Origin: Octopus sinensis
Taxonomy: Eukaryota
Assembly (NCBI RefSeq): GCF_006345805.1
Contig: NC_042999.1
Location: forward strand, 54,188,001 to 54,252,000
Reading direction: 5' to 3'
Length of the DNA: 64,000 bases
The notes beneath the pieces are model-generated. The model was not told the DNA's origin, made no database searches, and saw nothing but the letters and a program-made list of their open reading frames with translations. This document shows, in pieces, positions 26,247 to 39,558 of this stretch; positions within the stretch are counted from its first letter, which is position 1; each line of letters starts with the position of its first letter. Both the position numbers and the translations under genes were made by a program.

Positions 26247-27209
26247 CATACGTACATACATACATATACATACATACATACATATACATACATATACATA
26301 CATATATATATATATATATATACATGTTGGTGCGTGTGTGTAGTCTTAGGTGGGTTATTTGATGGCTTCCTTTGAAGTAAACATTTGTTCCTCTTTAAAT
26401 CGTCGGCTTGTTTAGCTTTTTGACACATCGGAATTCTGACATTGTGTTTATCTGTGACTATACACACATACACACACATACACATGTGTGTGTGTGTGTG
26501 TATGGTTGAGTGTATATTTTGGGGGCATCTTAAGATAACACGCGCATTTCTGTGGGAAAGTTTGGCATGTGTATGTATGTTTGATTTTTTCGTATATCGT
26601 TGTGTGTGTTTATACCCGTGTACACACGTGTGTATATTTCTGCCAGTTTGTATAATGTATCACCTTTGGTTTTTATTTAGGTGTAGATGTCTTCTCGATA
26701 TTTATTTCTTTTCCTAATTTATACGCTTCTAACACAATGGCTGCCCATCCCTAACAAACTGACAATACATTATTCTGTTAGACACTGTTTTAAACCAGTC
26801 TCATCACATCAATGCGTCCCTGTTTCTTCCTCAATATCTACATGCGCACTCCACCCTGAACTGGTTTCAAATTGAAAATGTTAGCAAAATTTTACAGCGA
26901 CCCATACAAACACTGATTGATGACAATTTCGGTCTATTTTACACACATTGTTATTCAATTTTTGTTTCCTCCTTTTTTTTCGTTTCGTGTGTGTATGTAT
27001 GTGTGGTGTGTGTGAGTGTGTGTGTGTGTGTGTATGTGTGTGTGTGTCTGTGTGTGTCTGTGAAGATAGAGACAAGTCTGGTATAGGACTGTTTCCCATT
27101 TTCAAATCGATTGGAACCGATATCCACCGAAACGTCGGACTATTTCATTCTTCAGAATAACCAAACAAGTCTTAAATGCTTTGGCCTTATTCGCAACGTT
27201 TCTATTATA

Positions 27210-27430
27210 AGGCAGCAAGCCGGCATAGTCGGCTTATATTATAAGGTGGCAAGCCATGAAATGCTTAGCGGCATTTCGTTCTCTTTATGTTCTGAGTTCA
27301 AATTCCGCCGAGGTCGACTTCGCCTTTCATCTTTTCAGGGTCAGTAACAGAAATACCTGTTGAGCACTAGAGTCGATGTAATCGGCTTCACCCCTCCCCC
27401 GAAATTGGTGACCTTGTGCCAACATATGAA
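27210..27430 (+). mobile_element. SINE family B
   Basis: TTCTGAGTTCAAATTCCGCCGAGGTCGACTTCGCCTTTCATC core. Confidence 0.75.
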
Positions 27431-28512
27431 ACTTGATATTGTTCCACTCTTAACGCATTGCCTGCTATGAGCCCTATTTGGGGATCTGCTGAAACAGTCT
27501 TTCTATTCGTTGTATTTAAAGTGAATTGCTTATGTACATTGCCTTTGCAGAGATGTGCTTAACAATATTCAATAATTAAAGTTTGTCATTATTAGCTCTG
27601 GCTAATTCTAGAGGACATTTTATGGCTTAAATCGCAATTTTCGAACTACAAAAATATCGACTATTTTGAAAACTTTTTCTTTTTTTGTTTTGTTTTGTTT
27701 TTTTGCCTTTCCCATCTGTATCATTCTTTGATATTTCATACACATTCGCATTTGATATTATAGTTTCAACAAAATAACTAAAATGCTTATGATTGAAATT
27801 GAATAGAAAAGGATAAATATGCTTTTTTTCAGCGATCCCCATTTGGGACTTTTCAAAAGATTTATTATAATTTCCAAAATAATTCACATATGAAGAAAAT
27901 TTAAATACTATATATTATTTTGACTCCTAAGACATCTGGCAAAGCCAAAAAATATGACCAAAAGAATTTGGCAGTTAATGAATTAAGAATCACTAATCTC
28001 AATGAGGCTTATAAATTGTCGCATATTTTACTGTTAGTATTACAAATGTTCTGTGGTTCAATTCTACTACACAAATCGTTACACTGGTGTCTACATACAG
28101 CAGTGTCCTCAAATCTCGGATTCTGCCCAAGACGAGACAACTGTTTGTATGTCGCAAGCTGGGTACCTGGAACGTATTTTAACAGTAAGACGATCAAACT
28201 TGCTTTCCTATGCTTCTAGATTTTATTTGAGAATTTTGCGGGCAACAAGACTAATATTTGAAATAAATATGAGTGTTATATTGGGGTTTTGACTGTGGTT
28301 TGACTGTCTTAGAACAAATACATGCGGAAATCAGTAAAATTGTCTGTAGGACACTATCCGGAGATGAGTTCATTTAGCAGTGCAAGTGTGCTCATAGATG
28401 GTTAAAATAGAATTATTTAAAATAGAGAATTCAAATTAACTCGACAAATCTGTAGTTCATACAATAAATACAGACTGTAACCTGTTTCCTACCAATATAT
28501 ATAGAGAGAGAG

Positions 28513-28600
<88 letters not shown>

Positions 28601-28610
28601 GTATATACTC

Positions 28611-28777
28611 TCATTACTCTTTTACTTGTCTCAGTTTCCGTCTACCAAATCCACTCACAAGGCTTTGGTCGGCCCGAGGCTATAATAGAAGACACTTGCC
28701 CAAGGTGCCACGCAGTGGGAGTGAACCCGGAACCATGTGGTTCGTAAGCAAGCTACTTACCACACAGCCACTCCTAC
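28611..28777 (-). mobile_element. SINE family A, internally deleted
   Basis: AAATCCACTCACAAGGCTTTGGTCGGCCCG..CTTGCCCAAGGTGCCACGCAGTGGGAGTGAACCCGG..ACCACACAGCCACTCC. Confidence 0.8.
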
Positions 28778-28846
28778 ATATATGTATATATATATTATAT
28801 CACCCACATACATGTAGATATATTATATATACACATACATATATAT

Positions 28847-28898
<52 letters not shown>

Positions 28899-29058
28899 TT
28901 TCAGCAAAAAACAATTAGATTCAAGTGATTCCAATGAATTCAAATGAATATGGTACTTAACTTAGATGCACCAGAATTGTTTATGGTATTAACCATAAAA
29001 TATGTGGGTGAGTGGGTGATTATAACAAGAAAAAAGCAACAACAATGGATTAGTAGTC

Positions 29059-29126
29059 TAGTACAATTGTTTCATACCAAGAACAATTTTATTTAAAGCA
29101 TACAAATGTCCAGTATTCATCAGCTA
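29059..29126 (-). ncRNA. Type-I hammerhead ribozyme motif, intact core (left arm)
   Basis: Minus strand TAG-CTGATGA-ATAC...GTAT-GAA-ACAATTGT-A-CTA. Confidence 0.75.
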
Positions 29127-29473
29127 AATCACATATATGTTTTCCTGACATCCTAGAGAGTGTGTCTATCCTCATGAAGTGTTAGGAATGAGTTCTATGA
29201 AATTTAGAGTCAAATTATAAGCAGACTCAAATTGCTTTCTAATGATGCACAGTTTCCTCATGTCTCCGGAAATTATATCTGCATTTTTATGGATGGATTC
29301 ACCTTCTCTGGGAAGTTAACAATCTTTTTTAAAAACTTTTTATAAAACTGTGCATCATTAGAAAGCAACTTGAGTCTGCTTATAATTTGACTTTAAATTT
29401 CATAGAGCTTATTCCTAATACTTCATGAGGATAGACACACTCTCTAGGATGTCTGGAAAACATATATGTGATT

Positions 29474-29558
29474 TAGCTGATGAATACTGGACATTTGTAT
29501 TTGCTGCAATACTTACAGCTTTAAATAAAATTGTTCTTGGTATGAAACAATTGTACTA
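29474..29558 (+). ncRNA. Type-I hammerhead ribozyme motif, intact core (right arm)
   Basis: TAG-CTGATGA-ATACT...GGTAT-GAA-ACAATTGT-A-CTA: stem I TAG/CTA, palindromic stem III, GUA triplet. Confidence 0.78.
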
Positions 29559-29601
29559 GACTACTAATCCATTCTTGTTGCTTTTTTCTTGGAGATATAT
29601 A

Positions 29602-29644
<43 letters not shown>

Positions 29645-30032
29645 ACAACCTTGTATTTTTTTATTTTGTATGCGTTTCAGCCCAAAGGCTGTGGTCATGC
29701 TGGGATATCGCCAGTGTTATCACCTTTACAATGGCCATTCTTTTGTGAATGTCTTTTGGAGAAGGAGGGACTTCTCCATTGCTGCCACCTTTTGAATTTC
29801 TTGTCGTGATGTAGGTACATTTGGGACCTTGGTCATCATTAGAAGGTCTGAACTACAGCTACCCCTATGCCATGAACATATCTCAGGTGTTTATGGTATA
29901 AAGGTAGCCTTTGTCAATGTGAAACCATTGGTCACTCTGAACGGACATGAAACTCAATTACTTCTAATACACATCATTGTTCTATGTTTTAGAGTATGCT
30001 TCTCTTTTGGATATATGACACCCTAGCGATTG

Positions 30033-30089
<57 letters not shown>

Positions 30090-30100
30090 CGTGTGTGGTA

Positions 30101-30162
<62 letters not shown>

Positions 30163-30258
30163 TATATACACATATATATACATATATATATATGTACATA
30201 CACATACATACATGCACACACAGACACGCATATATCTATCTATCTATCTATCTATCTA

Positions 30259-30309
<51 letters not shown>

Positions 30310-31394
30310 ATATTGATAAACGTTGACAAGAAGTTGAGGTGATTTAACTAGGGCATCATATCGAATAATTCTCTTAATGAGGGGCAGTAACTTTATTTAC
30401 ATAGTTTCATTAATTTATATACCACTACCACCACCACCACCACCCAACACTTCATACACACATCTGTGTGTGTATGTGTGTGTGTCTGCTTCTATATATA
30501 TATCTCCTAATGTCCTTAATCTATCGATATGATGTGATGTGACTCTATAAAGCCGAGAGTATATTCGTAATATAAAATGGCGTCGGTAGTTATAATAAAC
30601 GTCAAACGAAATCAAAATGGACTTCGCTGGTAAGATCGAACATTAAAAAAATTATAGAAAGCGGGATTTTCTAAGACGGCGTCTGCAATAGGATGAAACG
30701 CATTAATAAATACAAAGAAAGAGAGAAATAAACAAGCAAATAAATAAATAGAATTATTTTGAGACTTAATTAAAAAGCAAAAATATTGTTTAAAAGAAAG
30801 CTCGCAGGTAGCTGTGATAAAAAACGAGTTTAAACAAGAAAGTTCAACAGTGACATGTCACAGCAATTATGTTAATACATGTATAATTTATCTTTTATTT
30901 AAGTACTGTCTGCGATTTCTACTTTTTATACATATATGCATGAGGATATATGTGTGTGTTTCGGTTCTGGTGCGTGGGTGTGTCTGAAATACATCTCTTA
31001 CACACACACATACACACAGAAACACAGAAACACAAAAACACACACATTTATAAAATAGAAAGTTTTTTTTATATAAACAGCAGTGACCTTAGCATTTCGT
31101 CGCCAATGTTTCCTGTCTGAAGATAGCCATTGTCACGTACAATTATGTCTACAAAAGGCTGTCCACGTCAGTTGAGGTACAAACAATGGAATAACTTAGA
31201 ATTTCAAGATCGAATGCAGCATTAATTAAGTAGAAGCGGAGGGAATATTTGAAGAAAATAGTCTGCTGATAGGAACATTTCTAGAACTTTCATTTAATTT
31301 ATTATACACCACGTGTGTGTATGTTTGTGTGTAATGCGTGTGCGTATGTATGTGTGTGTGTGTATGCGTATTGTTTTTTTTCTTTTTTTACTGT

Positions 31395-31682
31395 TGGTTT
31401 CAGTCTTATGACTGCAGCCATGCTGGAGCACCGCCTTTAGTCGAACAATTCGACCCCATGACTTATTCCTTGTAAGCCTAGTACTTATCCTAGCGGTCTC
31501 TCTTGCCGAACCGCTAGGCTACGGGGACGTAAACACACCAACATCAGTAGTCAAATGATAGTGAGAGGACAAACAAAGACACACAAATATATATATACAA
31601 ATATAAATACAAATATATACATATATATATATACAAATATATATACAAACACAGACACACAAATATATATACAACGGGCTTC
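31395..31682 (-). mobile_element. SINE family A, 3' half
   Basis: TTTCAGTC..ATGACTGCAGCCATGCTGGAGCACCGCC..GCCGAACCGCTA..ACGGGGACGTAAACACACC. Confidence 0.8.
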
Positions 31683-33276
31683 GGATCTATTCCATCTCAA
31701 TCACAGATTTTTTAATTAATTTTTTTTTAACTAAACAGTTTGAAACTTCGAATACTGGTAAAAGTTTTCACGTAGAACACGGTTTATTCTGAACGTTTTT
31801 GACAAAATTTGTTATTTTAGAAGTTATTTCGTGTTAAAGTTGTCGTATTTGGGTAATTTCAACCAATCAACGACATGCAAAACAAAATTCAATTTTTAAT
31901 TAGAAGCGGCGCTAAGGATGTGAACATCACCTATGCCACATGTTTGATGTTTTGGCCTCGGGATTCCTCATGGGAAAAGTCTTTTTAAGACGTCGAAGCC
32001 TTTACGTGCACGTTCAGTCTCCTAGAAATAGCAATAAAATCTCACTGAAATCTTAGCCCTGTGTCTTACAAAGAGAAAGACCTATTGGAATATTGTAATC
32101 CTAGATGCTATGGTAATAGACATACGCTCCTTGATTTAATCTCAATGCGTAGCATCTTGGGCAAGTTTCTCTAGTTTAGCATAGTTTTGGGTTGATCTAA
32201 GTCCTATGTAATTCGGGAGATGGAAACAGTGTCAAGTGGATCGAACCTGGAATTCAAAGCCTGTCTTCCCGTATTTTGTCATGATGATTCGAGCAGAGAA
32301 TTACGTTGAGGCATTGTCTGTGGGCTACTCAGCCACCTACACCTTAATTGAACGAAGGAATGTTGTTCTAGAAACTTTGATAATCGACATACTTTAAAGA
32401 GAATAGTAATTACTTCTTGAACGTTAGTAATTACTGATATTTCTCCGAAATTTAAGAAATATTTTAAGACAATGATAATAGTTGCTATGGCAACTGCAGC
32501 TGCTGACTACCCAGTGTTGCTACGACAACTATAACTATTGACTACGTAATGTTACCGTGGCAACATCCGCTGCTGTCCATTGTTATACTGGCTCTGTTGC
32601 CCTACTTCCAACGTTTGTCACAAAATCTATGTCGATTGCACAAGGCTAAAATACTTTAAGCGCAAACAATTTTGCAGTGAATTCAAAATATAATTCCTTT
32701 TTTTAAAGTTTAATTACTTTACCAAAATCTTGATTATAATTAGTTTTTAAAATATTTTAAAACCATCTTGATTATAAGTAATTTAATTAAAAGTTAAATT
32801 ATTTAACAGGAATTATGAATCTGATTGAGTTGTGACCGTTTTCTTCAAATTTTAACAATTATTTTGTAACAATCTTAAATACGAACCAGTGAGGCAGCCT
32901 CTACATGACAGCTTGATCTGCTAGAAATAGCAGTCAAGTCTTCCTGTTTTGTTTAAAGTTAAAGTAGGATACACTAGACAACAATAGGGTACTTTTCTCG
33001 ATATATAGAAAATTAAAGGGTAGAAATATAAAAGAGTAAAGTAAAGTATTGACTTCGAGCCAAAGTTTTTTTGCGCAGAGAGAAATGAAGAGAAACAGAC
33101 AGACAGACAGACAGAAACAGGGGGCGATGGTATATGAGATATGAGAGGAAAAATTGAGAAAAGACTGAAAGGTTATAGTAAAGCGAGTTGGAGAGTTCTC
33201 TTAGATTGCATTCTACTTTCAAGACATCTTCACTCTACCATTATGGCTAGTCGCAGTTGAAAGATAATGAAAATGT

Positions 33277-33428
33277 GTAGGCGCAGGCGTGGTTACGCAG
33301 TAAGAAGATTGCTTTCCAACATGCTTTAAAAAATAAGCCCTGGGGTCGATTCAGTCACCTAAAAATTCTTCAAGGCAGAGCCCCAGCATGGCCGAAATCT
33401 AATGTCTGAAACAAATAAAAGATAAAAG
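33277..33428 (+). mobile_element. SINE family A, head joined to tail by a large deletion
   Basis: GTAGGCGCAGGCGTGG..TAAGAAG head followed directly by CCCTGGGGTCGAT..CCCAGCATGGCC tail. Confidence 0.65.
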
Positions 33429-33517
33429 TATAAACAAGTAATAAAATCAGCGACGTTTAATTGTAGGAAAACAACGAAGTCTAGACAGATATCTTCAGCT
33501 AGCAGGCCTCTGCTACT

Positions 33518-33562
33518 CAAGACCGATGATGGGCAAAGACCCTGAAACATGCGTGTCTCTAG
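33518..33562 (+). ncRNA. Minimal type-I hammerhead motif (CCGATGA core variant) within a short inverted repeat
   Basis: AGA-CCGATGA-T-GGG CAAAGA CCC-T-GAA-ACATGCGTGT-C-TCT: stem III is one change from the palindrome ACACGCGTGT, GUC triplet; flanks 33474-33513 and 33565-33603 are imperfect inverted copies. Confidence 0.6.
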
Positions 33563-34019
33563 ATGCAGGCCTAGCTGTTGGGGGTATTTGTCTCCCCTTC
33601 GTAAATATATAAGGACACAGGAAATGTGTCAAAGCCGACAGGAAGCGTCGATGCTTCCTAGGGCTAAACAGCAGTGGTGAAGTTCCCTTACAGGACTGTC
33701 ACGTTAAGTTGACAGTATGCAACCACTCTATCGCCCCACCACCGTACATATCTCTATGAGATATTTAAAAATTTAATATTTCGAATTAATAAACGAACCA
33801 CCAAAAACACTTCAACGTGGTTACTTGACTTACAAGAAACAGCAGCCAAATCTCCCTCAAATCAAACTCTACAGATTTTTGAAAGAAAAGAATCATTGAT
33901 TGGATAATGTACTTTAGAGAGTATTATAAAGTTGGAATCGCCATGAGTGGAGTGTCTTTAATCAAAGGTTTTCTTGATCAGGACTAGCATGCGGCTAAAA
34001 AATAATAACAAATTATTCC

Positions 34020-34835
34020 TTCCCACTATAGGCTCAAGGACAGAAATTTCAGGGGTGGGGTGGTAAGTCAACTATATCGAACCCATACTCGACGGGTACT
34101 TATTGTATTGACCCTAAATGATAAAAAGCAAAGTCGACCTCGACGGAATTTGATCTCAGAATGTCGCCAAGCATTTTGTCCAGCGCGCTAACGATTCCGC
34201 CAGATCACCGCTTTTATTTAATCGGTTTCAAAATTTGGCACAAGGCCAGTAGGTTCGGGAGCGGGATTAAGACAGTGACATTGCTCCCAGTGCTTAACTG
34301 GTACTTATCTTATCGACCCCGCAATGATAAAAGGGGAAGTCAGCCCTGGCGGAATTTGAACTCAGAATGTAAAAAAGAGGATGAATGCGGCTAAGCATCT
34401 TGCCCAGCTCGCCACCTTTATTTAATCTTGAAGATAACCTTTTCTACTCTAGGCACAAGACCCGAGATTTTTGTGGAGGGGCCAGTTAATTAGATCGACT
34501 CAGTACGCAGCTGGTACCTAATTTATCGATGCCGAAAGGATGAAAGGCAAAGTCGACCTCGGCGGAATTTGAACTCAGAACGTAAAAATAGACGAAATAC
34601 CTATTTCTGTACTTCCCACAAGGGGCTAAACACAGAGAGGACAAACAAGGACAGACAAACGGATTAAGTCGATTATATTGAATACTGTGCGTAACTGGTA
34701 CTTAATTTATCGACCCCGAAAGGATGAAAGGCAAAGGTCGACCTCGGCGGAATTTGAACTCAGAACGTAAAAATAGACGAAATACCGCTAAGCATTTCAC
34801 CCGGCGTTCTAACAACTCTGCCAGCTCGCCGCCAT
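34020..34835 (-). mobile_element. Cluster of ~4 SINE family B copies
   Basis: Repeated GAAAGGATGAAAGGCAAAGTCGACCTCGGCGGAATTTGAACTCAGAACG cores; last copy ends at GCCAGCTCGCCGCC (A-box head on - strand). Confidence 0.85.
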
Positions 34836-35199
34836 TTTAATCATGAAGATATTATCATTAGAAGTTCTTTTGCAGCTGTGTTGACGTCATAGTTGCGGAG
34901 CGGAACATGGAATGTGATAAGAAACGAAAGCACGGCCGTGGTCGGATCATATCAAACTCATCTTATGATAAAGTCAAATATCGGAACACTTTTTTCAGAA
35001 TATTGAGGAATATTTATAATTAAATAACAAGTGTTACGGAAACATGAATGAGGTTGTTGTTACGGTAACCTTGCGTCCATGAGTGAACTTTTTGAATGAT
35101 TAATTATTAGATTGAAGAGACTTACGATTAAAGATTTTCCAGTCGAGAAGATCCTATTTTTTTTTCTTTTTGAGACATAAACGTAACAAGGATTAACGT

Positions 35200-35335
35200 G
35201 CACTCCGTCGGTTACAATGACGAGGGTTCCAGTTGATCCGAAATTAACGTACAAGTGTCTGAGTACTCCACAGACACGCATACCCTTAACGTGGTTCTCG
35301 GGAATACTCAACGTAATTATAATCTGAGACACATA
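35200..35335 (-). mobile_element. SINE family E, 3' fragment
   Basis: CCGTCGGTTACAATGACGAGGGTTCCAGTTGATCCG..TACCCTTAACGTGGTTCTC, shared with 62790-62920 and 5292-5360. Confidence 0.65.
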
Positions 35336-35769
35336 CTTCAAATCAAGTGAACGGACCCAATCACCAACAATGAGATTATGACCAGCGGAATTAAGAAGCC
35401 AACTTCTTCATCCTTTCCTCCAACAATAACACCTCTGGTGACCGAGTCACGCGTACCGTATATTATGTCCGGTAAGACCCACTATACAATGTTACTTAAA
35501 CGTGTGTCATAGTTAGAGAGTGGCATTCGTGTTACATAGATGTGTGCCACTGTAAAATTTGATACGTTGGTGCTTTTTGAGCACTTTTTTGTTTTGTATT
35601 CGTATGAAAGTCAGGTGGTGATGACCAAGTAGTATGCAGGTTACTGCAGAGTTCATAATAGACAGGCATTGTATGCTTAACACGAAAGAGGGAAGCAGCA
35701 AAAAGAATAGTTATAACCGACAGTGAATGAAGAACCACTGCGTATGTGCTTGTATGCATGTATATGTGT

Positions 35770-35907
35770 CGCTCCACACCATACATTGGCATGAAACTAG
35801 AATATTTCATGTCTGTTATGCAAACCATAAGCCAGGATTATGTTCCAGAGCACAGGGCCAGCACAAAAAGAACAAGATTGCAAGAGTGAGGAAGATCCTC
35901 ATGAGAC

Positions 35908-35940
<33 letters not shown>

Positions 35941-36935
35941 ACCCAGCGTTTTAAATTATATCTGTTTCTTTATTACCCACAAGGGACTAAACACAGAGGG
36001 GACAAACAAGGATAGACAAACGGATTAAGTCGACTACATCGACCCCAGTGCACAACTGGCACTTAATTTATCGACCCCGAAAGGATGAAAGGCAAAGTCG
36101 ACCTCGGCGGAATTTGAACTCAGAACGTAACGACAGACGAAATACGGCTACGCATTTCGCCCAGCGTTTTAAATTATATCGATAGCAAGAACGAACAACT
36201 TCGTTTTATCTGGCAATGTATTTATTTAAGGTGAAATTCCCGTTGCATACTTCCAGTGCACAACATCAATCAAAATCCCCAAAGTAGTGAAAGGTCCTGC
36301 CCAAAAAAACAGCACTGAAGGAGATTGAAAAAGGCCTATGTGAAGGAAAGAGCCGTCAAAAAAGTCTGGATTAAAAAAACATCAAGTGAAACCCAAAGGC
36401 CTTCTTTCATTCTGCCAAAGAAACAGCCTCAATATGCTGCAAAATAGGATACCTCTTCCAGAAGGATGGCTGCCTCACAAAGAGCCCAACCAGGATCAGT
36501 GAGGTACTGAATGACTAGTTCAAAAGTGTCTTTACCATCTCGATGGAACACAGACAAGTGAACGAACCAGTGGACTTCTTTGCTGCCTCACCTATAATCA
36601 GCGGGGCAGTCACGATGGATTATATTGACATTAGGGAAGAAGATATAATACTAGCCATAGATGAGATATACGCAAACTCAAGTGCTGGTCATGATGGTTT
36701 TCCAGCAATCCTCCTCAAATCGTACAAACATGCCCCGGGCAAAACCACTACAGATTCTCTTCTAGAGTTTTCTTGCAAATGGCAAGCTGCCTAGTAAACG
36801 GAAGGAGGGAATAATATGCCCAATCCATAAATGAGGAAGCAAAGTAAATGCCAAAAATTACAGGCCTATTTCTCTGACTTCACACATCAGCGAAATCATG
36901 GAACGAATAGTCACTCCTGCGCCTATGTACTTATA

Positions 36936-37008
<73 letters not shown>

Positions 37009-38173
37009 CAGCATTGCTAAAAATAAATGCCGCGGGCAAGCACTTGTCTATTGGCCATAGCTAAGAGTTGCTTTGACTCTTATTTCTAGCAATGCCGGCG
37101 CTGGCTTGCACCCTCCGTCACTTTAGCGACGTTTTATTTTTGCCTTTTGGTTTTCAAATTGCGAACAGCCACCTTAATAATTTATGTATATATGAGGGCA
37201 GCGACATATGTTATCAAACATTCTACATTGAAAATCTTTGCACATGATTCCAAACTCTAGAAAGTCATAAATGTATGGAAGACCGAACATGTGGGAAAAA
37301 ACAACATGCTTTTAAATGAAGATAAGTTTGATTCGATTCACTTTGGAAAAGAGGAAACTCTGAAATTACCATAAGCTTTTCTCTCGGGCGACTCCCTAGT
37401 GTCATCCAACAATACCAAAGACCTTGCAGTGATTGTTGATAGCAATCTAAGCAGGAGTTCCCACGTAAACAGCAAAGCTGACTTGGTCCGCAAGATGTGC
37501 TCCTGGATTCTGAGAACTTTATGGTCCAGGGATGCCCACACTATCATCCTTCTCTACTCTACTTTTGCCTGACCCCACCTTGAATACTTTTGCCAGATCT
37601 CACTGTGGTCTCCCCATACGAAGCAACTCATTATGAAAGTAGAAGCACTCCAGGGGTCAATAACAAGAAAGCTAGACGGCATGAGAGGCATTGACTATTG
37701 GGGTCAACTAAAAATAACTTAATCTCTACTCTCAGCAACGGAGCCGAGAGTGCTGCATTATTTGTGTTATGTGGAAAATATTCCATCAATATTGCGCAAA
37801 TGATGTTGGCGTCAATTTTAAAATCCACCCAAGAATTTTAAAATCCACCGTGCTATCCGCCCAATACGAAAATCGAAATCAGGACACAAAGCAACATCAC
37901 TTTCACAACTACTTTACCTCAACCGGTCCAGCTCTCTTTAATACCATACCAAAATACGTCAAGACGGAAAAGGATCCCATAAAATTCAAAAGTTCTCTGG
38001 ACAAATTTCTTCAAAAAACCCCGGACCAACCTCATACACCCGGATATGTCTCCAACAATAATAACTCCTCGCTAGAGTGGGCAATGGTGCCCCATATATG
38101 ACTAAAAGACTTCACCAAGTGGTGCTGTTAGTTAGACATGGCCTGGGGCTATACTGGCTAAGTTATCAAAGTT
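35770..38173 (+). mobile_element. CR1-group LINE ORF2 pseudogene, interrupted twice
   Basis: Frameshifted fragments KNKIARVRKILMR; SSAGHDGFPAILLK; NYRPISLTSHI (36856-36888); KIFAHDSKL (degenerate FADD); GPALFNTIPK..FKSSLDKFLQ; 3' UTR shared with 12870-12940. Interrupted at 35907-36267 and ~36911-37185. Confidence 0.8.
35907..36267 (-). repeat. Inverted local duplicate of 44333-44785 (SINE B + its TSD + unique flank)
   Basis: Includes non-repeat flank GCAAGAACGAACAACTTCGTTTTATCTGGCAATGTATTTATTTAAGGTGAAATTCCCGTTGCATACTTCCAGTGCAC, the exact reverse complement of 44339-44415. Confidence 0.9.
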
Positions 38174-38187
38174 GTATATATATACAA

Positions 38188-38281
<94 letters not shown>

Positions 38282-38312
38282 CACATATATATAATGCATA
38301 CATATATATATA

Positions 38313-38492
38313 TACATTATTATGGCTGCTCCCTCGTTATCGAGTATGGCCATTACACGAAGATTAACTGTTACTGGTGCTGTGATCGAATGTGACTTTT
38401 TAGCCCAGCCAAAGATCTACGATGTCTTGTACAGAATTGGCAACTAAAACCTTTACCGTAATAGCCGGATGTAGTTGTAACTGGGCTTCAGT
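38313..38492 (-). mobile_element. RTE-clade LINE 3' UTR fragment
   Basis: Closely similar to 14615-14790. Confidence 0.7.
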
Positions 38493-38575
38493 TACATATA
38501 TGCATACATACATATACATATATGCATGTATGTATATATAAGTATATATATATACATACATATAAATATATATAT

Positions 38576-38609
<34 letters not shown>

Positions 38610-38644
38610 CACATACATACATATATACAAACATACATACATAC

Positions 38645-38676
<32 letters not shown>

Positions 38677-39149
38677 GTATATATATATGTAAGTGCATAT
38701 TATGTACACATATATGTTTATATATACATAGGTTTGCATGTTTGACCATCTGTGTATATTTATGGCTGTATGTGTGTGTGCTGACGTGTGTGTGTGTGCT
38801 GACGTGTGTGTGTGTGTGTGTTTGTGTCAGTATTAATGTGTTTTCAGCAAACTCCACTCAGATGTTGCCGCCTCCAGAAGTCTGTTGAAGCTGTCAGAAG
38901 AATATTGTCAACAAGGTCCCAGGTTACCAAACAGCAGGAAGTTCTTTAAATAAACACCATCAACATCTCCAGCATGTTGAGGCATCATGGCATTCACGAA
39001 GAAGTGTACCCCACTCCAGTTACGCACCTCTACACACAACAAGCTTTATAGCTATTCAATTAATTACGGGAATTAATATGGTAATCACGGGTTCCTTAAT
39101 TAGAATCTTGGGATTAACAACGTGTTGCATAATAATTTAACTTTCATCT

Positions 39150-39321
39150 TTTGCTTGTTTGTTCGAGTCATTGGACTGCGGCCATGATGAAGCAGTACTT
39201 TTATTTAAGCCTTGTAGTTATTCTATCGGTCCTTTTTTTTTGCCGAACCGCTAACAGGGACGTAAACACAGAAACACCGGCTGTCAAGCGGTGATGGGGG
39301 ACAAACAAGAATATGAAGCGA

Positions 39322-39387
<66 letters not shown>

Positions 39388-39558
39388 CATACACGACACG
39401 ATTCTTTCAGTTTCCATCTGCCAAATCCACTCACTGTGCTTTGATAGGCTCGTAGCTATAGCAGAAGACACTTGCCCAAGGTGCCACGATGTAGAACTGA
39501 AACCTAAACCATGTGATTTGAAGGCAAGCTTCTTACGAGACGGCCACGTCTACACCTA
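39150..39558 (-). mobile_element. SINE family A, near full length with internal (CA)n(TA)n
   Basis: Tail, internal microsatellite, CTTGCCCAAGGTGCCAC motif and degenerate head in the expected order. Confidence 0.8.

Larger units (their letters stand above)
29026..29591. mobile_element. Penelope-like ~230-bp inverted repeat (29026-29255 / 29345-29591) with a hammerhead in each arm
   Basis: Arms are near-perfect reverse complements apart from ~7 substitutions and one ~17-nt indel; ~89-bp spacer. Confidence 0.8.
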
